Assembly (NCBI RefSeq): GCF_001194135.2
Contig: NC_068982.1
Location: forward strand, 4,451,609 to 4,515,608
Reading direction: 5' to 3'
Source of the DNA: Octopus bimaculoides
Taxonomy: Eukaryota
Length of the DNA: 64,000 nucleotides
This document shows positions 37,371-49,536 of the stretch, in pieces (the stretch's first letter is position 1; each line of letters starts with the position of its first letter). Made by a program: the position numbers and the translations under genes. The notes beneath the pieces are model-generated. The model did not search any database, had not been told where the DNA came from, and saw only the letters and a list, made by a program, of their open reading frames with translations.

Positions 37371-37964
37371 ATATGTATATATATATATATANNNNNNNNN
37401 NATGTATGTATATATATATATATATATATAGTGAGAGAGAGAGAGAGTGAGTGGTTTCTTGTCAACTTGATGTGCTCAGTTCATTGAAATTTCATTACAA
37501 AGCATTTTTCTTTATTTTCTTTCTCCTTTCCTTTTCATTTTCCATCGTATACTTATCAACGTATTTGTAAACAGACGCATTTTCTCACAAGGGTTGGTGA
37601 TCTTTCAAAGATGTCAATTTAAGGAAGTAGAAAAAATTTTAAAAAGAGGGGAGGGTGCAGTCATCGCTGAAAAACAAGAAGAGTTCAAAGTTCAAAATCC
37701 TATGAAAATGTATATTCCTTTATACTTGAATAGTCAAGTCCTATATTCTGTGTAATTACAAGTTTTGCTCTGGGATTTTGACAACTGTTGTTCTTGTAGA
37801 ACTTACATATACCCGGGAAAGAATACTAGAACCAATTTTACCACTGATTAAGAAAGATATCTAATGTAGCTACTTGGCAAAATAATTCATGAAAATAATC
37901 TATTTTGGATTATCTTATCCTGTCAAGCAAGAAATAGATAAAGAAATCCTACAAGGGATGAAAG

Positions 37965-38120
<156 letters not shown>

Positions 38121-38420
38121 TTCCACTTCATTATTATTCTTTTTTCCTCTTTCTTGATTATCCTAAAATCTCTCTCTCTCTATTCCCCGCCCTGTGTTTT
38201 CTTTCTTTCTCTCTTCCCTTTTTCCAAAAAAAACACCAACAAAAACAACATTCTCATCTTTTACACAAAGCAAAAAAGAAAAAAAAGAAAAAAACCCAAA
38301 AACATCCGATTTTGATTTTGTCTTGATGAGTTCAAAAAACGAATGAAAACGCTAATAAAAAAAAAACATCCAAAATTCTCAATACACAATATCTGTACAT
38401 CACTTCAAACACCCTATACA

Positions 38421-38454
<34 letters not shown>

Positions 38455-38733
38455 NNNNNNNNNNNNNNNNNNNNNNNNNNNNNNNNNNNNNNNNNNNNNN
38501 NNNNNNNNNNNNNNNNNNNNNNNNNNNNNNNNNNNNNNNNNNNNNNNNNNNNNNNNNNNNNNNNNNNNNNNNNNNNNNNNNNNNNNNNNNNNNNNNNNNN
38601 NNNNNNNNNNNNNNNNNNNNNNNNNNNNNNNNNNNNNNNNNNNNNNNNNNNNNNNNNNNNNNNNNNNNNNNNNNNNNNNNNNNNNNNNNNNNNNNNNNNN
38701 NNNNNNNNNNNNNNNNNNNNNNNNNNNNNNNNN

Positions 38734-38772
<39 letters not shown>

Positions 38773-38929
38773 ATAGTTTAGGAAACCAGTAAGTTGTCAT
38801 AATATTATGACAACTTACTGATTGTCCTAAACTATACATATATAAATATCCTCTATTTACCTAATATCGAGGCCTCATTCCTTTGTTGTCAATTTATTAT
38901 TATTATTATTATTATTATATATGTGGGTG

Positions 38930-39125
38930 TGTGCGCGTGCGTGTGTGTGTTTGTGTATGTTCTCTAAACTAGCTGTTCGTCAAATGAGGCCGATGGAATA
39001 AATACCAGGTTTAAAAGCTTGAATAAGTACTGATGTCGTTTCGTTCCATTAGAATTCTTGAAGGCGTTACTCGCAGTATTTGTCGCAGTCTAATGTCTGA
39101 AACAAGGAAAAGAATAAAAGATTAT
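38930..39125 (+). mobile_element. SINE family A, diverged 3' half
   Basis: Tail motif CGCAGTCTAATGTCTGAAACAAG. Confidence 0.6.
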
Positions 39126-39399
39126 TTACGAATCAGTAAGTCATTTTTTTTACATCAACCCCAACTTACTGATTTGAAAGGCATACTTTTGCCCATTCTA
39201 TGTTTTTTTTTCACATGCTCCCAGGAATTCACGATTTCCTTTCGATCGTTCCAATCCATATATTTCATAACATCTTCATTTTATTGACTTTTCGACCGAC
39301 AAGTTTTGAATGAAACGAATCAATAATCCATTAATGTGTTCACTATTAACAATCAACATACGCACATGTGAATGTGTTTGTGTTTCTTCTGTGCGTGTG

Positions 39400-39545
39400 T
39401 GTGTGTGACTGTGTGGCAAGAAGCTTGCTTCCCAACCACATGGTTCCAGGTTCAGTCCCACTGCGTGGCACCTCGGGTCACCAAATCCTTGTGAGTGGAT
39501 TTGGAAGACGGAAACTGAAAGTTGCCCGTCGTATACATACATACA
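39400..39545 (+). mobile_element. SINE family A, 5' half with deletion
   Basis: AAGAAGCTTGCTTCCCAACCACATGG head. Confidence 0.85.
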
Positions 39546-39554
39546 TACATACAT

Positions 39555-39591
<37 letters not shown>

Positions 39592-39821
39592 NNNNNNNNN
39601 NNNNNNNNNNNNNNNNNNNNNNNNNNNNNNNNNNNNNNNNNNNNNNNNNNNNNNNNNNNNNNNNNNNNNNNNNNNNNNNNNNNNNNNNNNNNNNNNNNNN
39701 NNNNNNNNNNNNNNNNNNNNNNNNNNNNNNNNNNNNNNNNNNNNNNNNNNNNNNNNNNNNNNNNNNNNNNNNNNNNNNNNNNNNNNNNNNNNNNNNNNNN
39801 NNNNNNNNNNNNNNATATATA

Positions 39822-40098
39822 TTAGATTGTCAAGAAAGTTCTTTAAATTCAGATGCACATATCTCGGCTCAAACAAAACTTTATTAATCGAAATAAAAAC
39901 CATCAGTATCAACACATTTTTGCCAGCGCGAAGCAAGTTTATTTGTGCCAGTAGCGTAAAAATCCTGCGTTCTGGTGCCGATGAAGTCGTTGAAGGCGTG
40001 TTTGGCAACGTCTTGGTTTTTGAAGCATTTCTCCTACAGGAAGTTGTCGAGATGTTTGAAAAAGTGGCAGTCGGTAGGCGAGAGGTCTGGTGAGTATG
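39822..40098 (-). mobile_element. Mariner transposase C-terminus and right TIR (Hsmar1-like)
   Basis: PYSPDLSPTDCHFFKHLDNFL*EK...FYATGTNKLASRWQKCVDTDGFYFD*; TIR TTAGATTGTCAAGAAAG with flanking TA. Confidence 0.9.
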
Positions 40099-41319
40099 GC
40101 TTAAGTTTATTATGAGGTACATATAATCCAGTATCAAAACGGTAGGTAACACCAAGGAAGTTTACTCAACGGTAATCTTTTCCTAAAGTGATGTTGAGTC
40201 CGATGTTCTTTAAGAGCTTAAAGAATTGTTTCCTATGCGTTTCTAGTTGTACTTTACTACGTCAGTCATCCCTATATAGAACTCCACTGATTTTCGGAAA
40301 AGAAGTCTGTATTAACGAAAGAATATATATTCCGACCAATTCTCTGACTTGTGCAGAGTCCCATCACAATGCCGAAGGCATTCTCTTTGACTTATTCCAG
40401 ATTTGACCATCAGAATCTACTAAAGCGGTCCGCACCGTAAGTATGATGTCTATTTCACGTCGGGATAGATCTGAGTTTTTCATACTATAAATCAGGGATT
40501 TATTGAGGCGCATCGGGCAAATAGTTGCGTATTAACTCTCTATAGGATGGACACATCAATCTGAAGGATCACTAAAAAAGTGAGGTATGTGGTCCTTAAG
40601 CGTAATTCGGGTTTTTCTAGGGACATAAGACCCAGTTCTCTCCTCTACAGCTAACTCCCTGGCGATTTGCAATCCTATATTGTTTATACTGTTAAGTGTG
40701 TCATTATCAGCCTCTCTATACTTGCTATGTAATTCTTTTCTAATCAGATTCTTGTATAACTCAGTGTTGACAACGTAAATGTTACTTGTTTTGTCAACTG
40801 GCACAAGTATCCCTGGAGCTTTCCGTTGATGTTTGTAGTGTCTTCTACGGTGCTTCCTAAATTTCAAATTCTTAACTATATTATAAAGCTCCTCTTCGAA
40901 TCTGGTTAAGTGTTGGATGGACGGAGAGTTTTTTTTATTGATTTACATTTCTGAGTAAGTATTCAGGTTTCGGTTTGTCATATGATATATCTTTTCTATC
41001 AAAGATGAATGCCTTCCACCACATTCTTCGGATGAACGAGCTGGTTTCCTACAACAGTGTCCATATATAATCCTTCCTACTTGGTATCGGTATATCTTTT
41101 AGCGAAACGTCGGGCGTTATTATTTTCCATCTTAGCGGCACACTACCTTGCAGTATTTTACTCCCAGGAATCGGCTAGTGATTGCAGTTATTAATAGTTA
41201 AAAAATCGTATGGTATGCACCTGGTAGTTTGCCGGTAAAACATGTGGACTGGCACAATGCTCCTTGGGTATTTGATTAATGAGAGAGACGGAAGATGGAA
41301 GATGCGAGAATCTTTGTTG

Positions 41320-41330
<11 letters not shown>
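40099..41330 (-). mobile_element. Penelope-like element remnant (pLTR/C-terminal relic, ORF N-terminus, RT)
   Basis: KDIPIPSRKDY, FIRRMWWKAF, ILVPVDKTSNIY, ITLKDH, ELVGIYIL, LYRDD and VNFLGVT motifs; stops and frameshifts present. Confidence 0.88.
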
Positions 41331-41405
<75 letters not shown>

Positions 41406-42592
41406 NNNNNNNNNNNNNNNNNNNNNNNNNNNNNNNNNNNNNNNNNNNNNNNNNNNNNNNNNNNNNNNNNNNNNNNNNNNNNNNNNNNNNNNNNNNNNNN
41501 NNNNNNNNNNNNNNNNNNNNNNNNNNNNNNNNNNNNNNNNNNNNNNNNNNNNNNNNNNNNNNNNNNNNNNNNNNNNNNNNNNNNNNNNNNNNNNNNNNNN
41601 NNNNNNNNNNNNNNNNNNNNNNNNNNNNNNNNNNNNNNNNNNNNNNNNNNNNNNNNNNNNNNNNNNNNNNNNNNNNNNNNNNNNNNNNNNNNNNNNNNNN
41701 NNNNNNNNNNNNNNNNNNNNNNNNNNNNNNNNNNNNNNNNNNNNNNNNNNNNNNNNNNNNNNNNNNNNNNNNNNNNNNNNNNNNNNNNNNNNNNNNNNNN
41801 NNNNNNNNNNNNNNNNNNNNNNNNNNNNNNNNNNNNNNNNNNNNNNNNNNNNNNNNNNNNNNNNNNNNNNNNNNNNNNNNNNNNNNNNNNNNNNNNNNNN
41901 NNNNNNNNNNNNNNNNNNNNNNNNNNNNNNNNNNNNNNNNNNNNNNNNNNNNNNNNNNNNNNNNNNNNNNNNNNNNNNNNNNNNNNNNNNNNNNNNNNNN
42001 NNNNNNNNNNNNNNNNNNNNNNNNNNNNNNNNNNNNNNNNNNNNNNNNNNNNNNNNNNNNNNNNNNNNNNNNNNNNNNNNNNNNNNNNNNNNNNNNNNNN
42101 NNNNNNNNNNNNNNNNNNNNNNNNNNNNNGATAATGATGATGAAGATGGTGATGGTGGCATTGTTGATATTTGTGTTGGTGGTTTTTGTTAGTGATGGTG
42201 ATGATGACATTCACAGAAGTAATGTTATCCTTATCATAATCACCACCACCACCACCACCACCACCACTATCATCATCATCATCATCATCAAGGACACTAC
42301 GAAATATCTCCCTATGGTTTCCAAGTGCTGAGTTAAGTAGCGGGCACGTTTTTTTTTGGGGGGGGGGGTGTCTAAAACAGTGCTCCGTATATTGTTGCAC
42401 TCGTTTTTGCCTGCGGACGGCTCCCTAGAGTAGTGGTGTTCCTTTGTTACTTTCTCTATTTCGATGTTGAAGGTCATTTGGAGCGGCTGAGAGTCTCAGC
42501 ATTCGAAAGGTTTTGTCATCGATCTAGTCACCCTACAAGTGGGACACAATAAGAGACAGTGAATTTTATGTTGGCGTAGCGTTCCTATCGGG

Positions 42593-42745
42593 GCAGGCGT
42601 AGCTGTGTCGTAAGAAGTTTGCTTCTTAACCACAAGGCTCTGAGTTCATTCCCACTGCCTGGCACCTTGCGCGACTTTCTTCTACAACAGCCTCGGCTCA
42701 ACCGAGTCTCGCCAGTGGATTTGGTCAACGAATACTGAAAGAGGC

Positions 42746-42748
<3 letters not shown>
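42593..42748 (+). mobile_element. SINE family A, 5' half
   Basis: Diverged head and body. Confidence 0.75.
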
Positions 42749-42800
<52 letters not shown>

Positions 42801-42855
42801 GTCTGTCTGTCTGTCTATGTGTCTCTGCCTGTCTGTCTGCCTATCTGCCTGTCTG

Positions 42856-42914
<59 letters not shown>

Positions 42915-43119
42915 GTCTGTCTGTCTGTCTGTCTATCCGTCCGTCCGTCCGTCCGTCTGTCTGTCTGCCTGTCTATCTACCTGTCTATCTTTATGGACGG
43001 ACGATAGGCACATCGGCTCCGTGTAAGTTTGCCTTTTATTGCCTTAAAAAGTTGTTTTTGGATTATATTTTTCTATGTCAACCTCCAAATCATGACAGAT
43101 AAAGCTGATCTAGGCACAA

Positions 43120-43640
43120 TTTAAACCCAGAACGTGAAAAGCCGGAAGAAATACCGCTACACATTTTGTCCGGCGTGTGAGCAAATCTGTCATTGATTCA
43201 AATTTAGGTACCGGGTCAGCAATTTCGTGGAGGGAGCAAATCGATTATGTCGTTGCCAATACTCTACTGGTACTTATTTTATTGACCCCGAATGAATGGA
43301 AGGCAAAGGTCAGTCAACCTTTGAACTTAGAGTGTAAAAGCGGACGAAATGCCGCTAAGCATTTTGACCGGCGTGTTAACGATTTTGTCAGTTCTCTATT
43401 CTTTTTTTTTTTGTCGAAATATTAATGAACTTTGTGGGTTGGTGCAGGCACTGCCCAATATATCACGCTTCTTTTCTGACTGAAACTAATATCGATTTCC
43501 ACACAGGCACAAAACAAGGATTAAAGAGGCATAGGTAAGGGGTGGGGGAGGAGGTAGTTGATTATGTCGATACCAGAACTTCACTGGTTCTTTATGTTAT
43601 GAATACCCTGATGAGGAAATTCGAATTCAAACGCGGCAGT
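43120..43640 (-). mobile_element. Cluster of diverged SINE B copies (about 43120-43195, 43195-43395, 43500-43640)
   Basis: Meta-like domain and both tail types on the minus strand. Confidence 0.7.
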
Positions 43641-43677
43641 GGATGCACAGCAAACATGACGTGACATAAACAAATAT

Positions 43678-43926
43678 CATTTACCTTTTACTTGTTTCAC
43701 TCATCAGGTCACGGCCATGCTGGGACACCACTTTGAAGAATTTTGGTGGATTGAATCAACTCCAGTACTTAGTTTAAAAAAAACAAACAAACTCGGTGCT
43801 TATTATATTGGTCTCTTTTTGCGGAACCACTAAGCTACGAGGACGTAAACACACCAGCAGCGATTGCGAAGCGCTGGTGAGGGAAAAATATACAGACACA
43901 CAAACATATGTATGTGTGCGTGTATA

Positions 43927-43981
<55 letters not shown>

Positions 43982-44290
43982 ATATANNNNNNNNNNNNNN
44001 NNNNNNNNNNNNNNNNNNNNNNNNNNNNNNNNNNNNNNNNNNNNNNNNNNNNNNNNNNNNNNNNNNNNNNNNNNNNNNNNNNNNNNNNNNNNNNNNNNNN
44101 NNNNNNTATATATATATATATATATATATATATCTCCGACAGGCTTCTTTCAGTTTCCGTCTGCCATATGCACTCACAAGGTTTTGATCGGCCCAAGGCT
44201 ATAGTAGAAGACACTCGTGGAAGGTGCCACCACGCAGTGGGATTGAATCCAGGATCCTGTGGTTGGGAAGCAAATTTCTTACCAAAGAGC
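43678..44290 (-). mobile_element. SINE family A spanning a gap, just upstream of the GPCR promoter region
   Basis: Tail 43678-43900 and head 44130-44290. Confidence 0.85.
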
Positions 44291-44319
44291 CACTACGAGA
44301 TTTTCTACCGATTCTACCA

Positions 44320-44883
44320 CAGCATCCCCCTCCGCCACCCGGTCCATCTTCATCATTCCTCTCTTTTTCTATTTACCTGTCCAAGCCTGTATGTGAGCGT
44401 GTGCGCGTGTGTACAAGCTTCAGTTCGTCCACGCAGACGTTTACAAAGTGCGCCTGTATGTACCTACCTACGTGTGTGTATGTGTGTTCGCGACGGCCGT
44501 GCGTGTGTGTCCGTGTGTCCGCCTGCCGCGCGCATGTGTGTATATATGTCTTCACATTAAATTTTACACTCACGCTTAAACATTTCTCCTGAAAACAATA
44601 CCGTCATCAACTTACCTGTTTTCCCGTTTGTTGCTGCCGCGCTGATGCAGCTGATGCACAAGTAGCTTTCCGCCGTTGTTGCTGCTGTTGTTGTTGTTGT
44701 TATTACCACAGCCGACGCAACTGGTGCTGGTGCCGCTACTACTACTACTACTACTACTGCTACTGCTGCATTGATTGTCATCATCATCATTATCAAAAAT
44801 GCATTTATTTTAACTATTCCTGTTATACTACTGAGGCCATCAAGAAATATTCCATTGACTACTACTACTACTACTACTACTAT

Positions 44884-44926
<43 letters not shown>

Positions 44927-45125
44927 GCAAGTGTCGGTTGCTTCTGCTTCTGCTGCTGCTGTTGCTGCTGCTGTCGTTGCTGTCACTGCTGCTGTTCCCC
45001 AGTTATTATCAGAAACTTGTTCTCTGTCCACAGGAAGTTTCCCTCTGATTTCCTGGTTGTTTTTGTTTTTTGAGTTTCACTAAAACACACTCCTCGCATC
45101 TTTACCTTCGTTTGTTTGATTAAGT
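44320..45125 (+). promoter_or_regulatory. Putative GPCR promoter / long 5' UTR: CpG-enriched, (ACT)n/(GCT)n/(GTT)n/(CAT)n repeats, Inr-like TCAGTT at 44420-44425
   Basis: Locally GC/CpG-rich relative to the window, largely free of transposon relics and directly upstream of the ATG. TSS assignment is inference only. Confidence 0.35.
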
Positions 45126-45438
45126 ATGGATGTGTACGAAAGAATCAATATCTCCTACCCGATGCCCCGTTTTAAGGAGCATGTCCTGTGGGAAGTGACC
45201 TTAAAGGTTGTGTTCTACAGTTTAATAGTGATCTTCTCCCTAATAGGGAACCTCTTAATTATAGTCATCGTCATGAGACAAAAACGCATGCGGACAGTAA
45301 CAAACTTTTATATTGTCAACTTGGCTGTAGCCGACCTTCTTGTCACAGTTTGTTGTAGCTGGGTTCATCTCGTTGACGATCTCACCGAAGGATGGGTCCT
45401 CGGAGCATTTTTCTGTAAAGTTAACTCTTTTGCTCAAG
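45126..45438 (+). CDS. First coding exon of a class A (rhodopsin-like) neuropeptide-type GPCR (N-terminus, TM1, TM2, start of TM3); partial gene
   Basis: Translation MDVYERINISY...LKVVFYSLIVIFSLIGNLLIIVIVMRQKRMRTVTNFYIVNLAVADLLVTVCCSWVHLVDDLTEGWVLGAFFCKVNSFAQ shows the TM1 GN, RMRTVTN, TM2 NLAVADL, ECL1 WxxG and TM3 C motifs and an N-I-S sequon. In-frame TGA at 45117-45119 lies upstream of the ATG. Canonical phase-1 donor CAAG|GTAAGT at 45438/45439. Confidence 0.93.
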
Positions 45439-45446
45439 GTAAGTAA

Positions 45447-45481
<35 letters not shown>

Positions 45482-45685
45482 TTTATTTTTTCATTAGCCA
45501 CAACGGCTCACATACAAAACATTAATTAACATACAACAACACAAAAGACAAAAACAGGACGGTGCAATGGGTTTTCGCGTGTACACAAAAAAAAAAAGAC
45601 GACAGAAAAGAAACAGCACACATTGAATACGCACGCGTCCGCACTCACTCACAAACACACGCACACACACACACACACACGCACG

Positions 45686-45743
<58 letters not shown>

Positions 45744-46145
45744 ATTTTTTTAAAAAACAGCTTACATAGAAATACCCTTATTTTCTTCACAGCTCGAAGC
45801 AGCCCACGCAAAGTACAACTTCCAAGTTACCCCGTTTATACCAATTGTTGTTTATGATGCTATCCAGTAGCACACCCCATCCAGATGTTGCTACTTTCTT
45901 TGCCGTTTCTATTATTGTTGGTTACGTTATTGTTATTGTTTAGTCCCGGGAAATCTTATCACCAAAGGGGTTCCTGTCGCCTCTGTCCATTCTTCCTTTT
46001 CCGGTTTACATTGTGTGATACGCTCTTCCGTTTTGTAAGGTAACAGAAACTAATTTTGGGGTCAATTTAGCTGCTGTTCTTATTGCAAGGTAGAACAGAC
46101 CGCGTCGAAGCACCAAAGTTATGTTCTATGTATTTGTATTAAAAT

Positions 46146-46845
46146 TGGTTTCAAATTTTGGCACAAGGCCAGCAATTTCGTGGAAGCGTGCTAGTCGATT
46201 ACATCGAACCCCAGTACTGAATTGGTATTTATTTTATCGACCCTGAGAAGATGAAAGGCAAAACCGACCCCGGCGGCATTGGAACTTAGAACGTAAAGTC
46301 GGAAGAAATGCCGATAAGCTTTTTGTCCGGCGCGGTAACAATTCTGTCCGCTCACCGCCTTATGTGTTTGTATTAATATTTATGGTGTAGTTTAAGGCGG
46401 CGAGCTGGCAGAATCGTCACCGTGCCGGACAAAATGTTTAGCGGCATTACTTCCGGCTTTACGTTCTGAGTTCAAATTCCGCCGAGGTCGACTTTGCCTT
46501 TTATCAGTTCGGGGACGATAAATTAAGTACCCGTTGCGTACTGGTATCGACCTAATCGACTGGCTCCCTACCCCAAAATTTCGGGCCTTGTGCCTAGAGT
46601 AGAAAAGATTAATATTTATGTTGTAGATTAAGGTGTCGAGCTGGCCGAATCGTCACCGCGCCGGACTAAATGTTTACCGGCATCTTTTCCAACTTTACGT
46701 TCTGAGTACAAATTCCACCGATGTCGACTTTGTCTTTCATTCTTTCGGACTCGATCAAATAAGTACCAGTTGAGCACTGGTATCGATGTAATCAACTTCC
46801 TCCTCCTCTGAAATTGCTGGCCTTGTGCCGAAATTTGAAACCAAT
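46146..46845. mobile_element. Three SINE B copies in GPCR intron: 46146-46362 (-), 46393-46607 (+), 46629-46845 (+)
   Basis: 21-bp TSD (2 mismatches) at 46372-46392 and 46608-46628 around the middle copy. Confidence 0.92.
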
Positions 46846-47286
46846 ATCAATGATGAGAGTTTTAAAGAAATAAAGTCCTGTTAGAAGTTATTTCACTTGC
46901 ATTGCTATTGAGCAACAAGAAGAAAGAGAATAAATCCACAGATTTACCTTCCTCTGGTAACTCTCTCATTCCATTTAACTTTGAAAGTATGCTAAAATGA
47001 TAATCCTATTTTAAAGTTGCGAATGAATCCCATAAAAAAAAAATGATTAATTAATGGAACTTGATCCCGCTAATTAACTTTGTCGCTTCGGATAATTATT
47101 TCATCGCTTCTCGCTTTTAAATCTTTGCAAAAAAATATTGCTGTGTTTAAAGGGGAGATACACGAACGAAACACTTTGAAAAGTTTGAATATTATTAACC
47201 ATAGAGTTCCAGCCTATAACTATACAAACATTCATATAAATACATGTATGTTTATTTGCATAGATATATATGCATACATATATGTA

Positions 47287-47535
47287 TTGTGTTGGTGCAT
47301 AATTATTGCGGCTTTTTTACCAACAAATTTTATTCAACAAAAACAATAACATGTAACAAAAGCATCTTTAAATGATTATTCCGGAGCATATTCACCATCT
47401 ACTTCAATTATTGCTTCCCATTTGCTTGGCAGACGGTCAGACCGTCATTTAAAGATGTTTTTGTTAAATATTGTCATTGTTTTTGTTGAATAAAATTTGT
47501 TGAAAGAAAACCAAAATAATTATACACCAACCCAA
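47287..47535. mobile_element. Mariner-derived MITE built from two inverted 3' ends
   Basis: TTG(T/G)GTTGGTG(C/T)ATAATTATT TIRs with TA flanks, about 85-bp inverted arms, and an internal LPSKWEAIIEVDGEYAPE* relic on the minus strand. Confidence 0.8.
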
Positions 47536-48065
47536 TATATATATATATATATNNNNNNNNNNNNNNNNNNNNNNNNNNNNNNNNNNNNNNNNNNNNNNNN
47601 NNNNNNNNNNNNNNNNNNNNNNNNNNNNNNNNNNNNNNNNNNNNNNNNNNNNNNNNNNNNNNNNNNNNNNNNNNNNNNNNNNNNNNNNNNNNNNNNNNNN
47701 NNNNNNNNNNNNNNNNNNNNNNNNNNNNNNNNNNNNNNNNNNNNNNNNNNNNNNNNNNNNNNNNNNNNNNNNNNNNNNNNNNNNNNNNNNNNNNNNNNNN
47801 NNNNNNNNNNNNNNNNNNNNNNNNNNNNNNNNNNNNNNNNNNNNNNNNNNNNNNNNNNNNNNNNNNNNNNNNNNNNNNNNNNNNNNNNAATGACATTTAC
47901 CTCGATTACAATAACCGATTTCTACTATAATTTATTGTGTATTCTTATATATTATGTTACAAACTGGTGATTAATGTTTTAAAAGAGAATTCGTCGTAAA
48001 GGGAGCCGATAAGTGACTCTGATCTATGTATGTGGATGGGTATGTATGCCTGTACAACTGATATG

Positions 48066-48368
48066 CCATCGGTTACGCTGGCAAGAGTTCCGCTTGATGT
48101 GACCCACGGAACAGTCTGCCCGTGAAATGAATGTACAAGTGACTGAGCACGCCACAGACGTCACGCGAACACTTAACTTAGTTCGTAGGGAAGCGCAGCG
48201 CCGAACAGGATGTGACAAGGCTTGCTCTTTGAATGACAGGTACAGCGCAGTGTGCACTGGAACAATGCGAAATAAAGTGTCTTGATCAAGGACATAACGC
48301 GCCACCTGGATATCGAACTCGGGACCTTACGATCGCGAGCCGAATGCTCTAACTACTAAGCCACGCGC
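48066..48368 (-). mobile_element. SINE family C
   Basis: Collinear with the 27866 copy. Confidence 0.88.
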
Positions 48369-48456
48369 ATGCATGTATTTAATGTTTTTACGTACGGAAG
48401 TGTATGTGTGTGTGTGTGTGTGTATGGGTGTGTATTCATGTATGTGTGTGTGTGTG

Positions 48457-48504
<48 letters not shown>

Positions 48505-49379
48505 NNNNNNNNNNNNNNNNNNNNNNNNNNNNNNNNNNNNNNNNNNNNNNNNNNNNNNNNNNNNNNNNNNNNNNNNNNNNNNNNNNNNNNNNNNNNNNNN
48601 NNNNNNNNNNNNNNNNNNNNNNNNNNNNNNNNNNNNNNNNNNNNNNNNNNNNNNNNNNNNNNNNNNNNNNNNNNNNNNNNNNNNNNNNNNNNNNNNNNNN
48701 NNNNNNNNNNNNNNNNNNNNNNNNNNNNNNNNNNNNNNNNNNNNNNNNNNNNNNNNNNNNNNNNNNNNNNNNNNNNNNNNNNNNNNNNNNNNNNNNNNNN
48801 NNNNNNNNNNNNNNNNNNNNNNNNNNNNNNNNNNNNNNNNNNNNNNNNNNNNNNNNNNNNNNNNNNNNNNNNNNNNNNNNNNNNNNNNNNNNNNNNNNNN
48901 NNNNNNNNNNNNNNNNNNNNNNNNNNNNNNNNNNNNNNNNNNNNNNNNNNNNNNNNNNNNNNNNNNNNNNNNNNNNNNNNNNNNNNNNNNNNNNNNNNNN
49001 NNNNNNNNNNNNNNNNNNNNNNNNNNNNNNNNNNNNNNNNNNNNNNNNNNNNNNNNNNNNNNNNNNNNNNNNNNNNNNNNNNNNNNNNNNNNNNNNNNNN
49101 NNNNNNNNNNNNNNNNNNNNNNNNNNNNNNNNNNNNNNNNNNNNNNNNNNNNNNNNNNNNNNNNNNNNNNNNNNNNNNNNNNNNNNNNNNNNNNNNNNNN
49201 NNNNNNNNNNNNNNNNNNNNNNNNNNNNNNNNNNNNNNNNNNNNNNNNNNNNNNNNNNNNNNNNNNNNNNNNNNNNNNNNNNNNNNNNNNNNNNNNNNNN
49301 NNNNNNNNNNNNNNNNNNNNNNNNNNNNNNNNNNNNNNNNNNNNNNNNNNNNNNNNNNNNNNNNNNNNNNNNNNNNNNN

Positions 49380-49505
49380 CCGGCAAATAGATCGACAGAA
49401 TAAGTACTAGGCTTACAAAGAATAACTCGATTTGCTTGACTTAAGGTAGTGCTCCAGCATGACCGCAGTCAAATGACTGAAACAGATTAAAGAATGTATA
49501 TATAT

Positions 49506-49536
<31 letters not shown>

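Noticed and set aside
41095-41115. GAAACGTC as a hammerhead in the Penelope element
   Set aside because: There is no upstream CTGANGA, and it lies in the coding region on the opposite strand.
44557-45073. Protein-like ORFs (Cys-rich + strand 44771-45073; Ser/Asn/Ala-rich minus frames)
   Set aside because: They arise from triplet repeats, use non-ATG starts or are bounded by stops, and have no domain signal.
45781-45860. Acceptor-like TTTTCTTCACAG as GPCR exon 2
   Set aside because: Phase-1 translation (ARSSPRKVQLPSYPVYTNCCL*) has no TM3/DRY motif and stops. No DRY/DRF-containing exon was found up to 64000.
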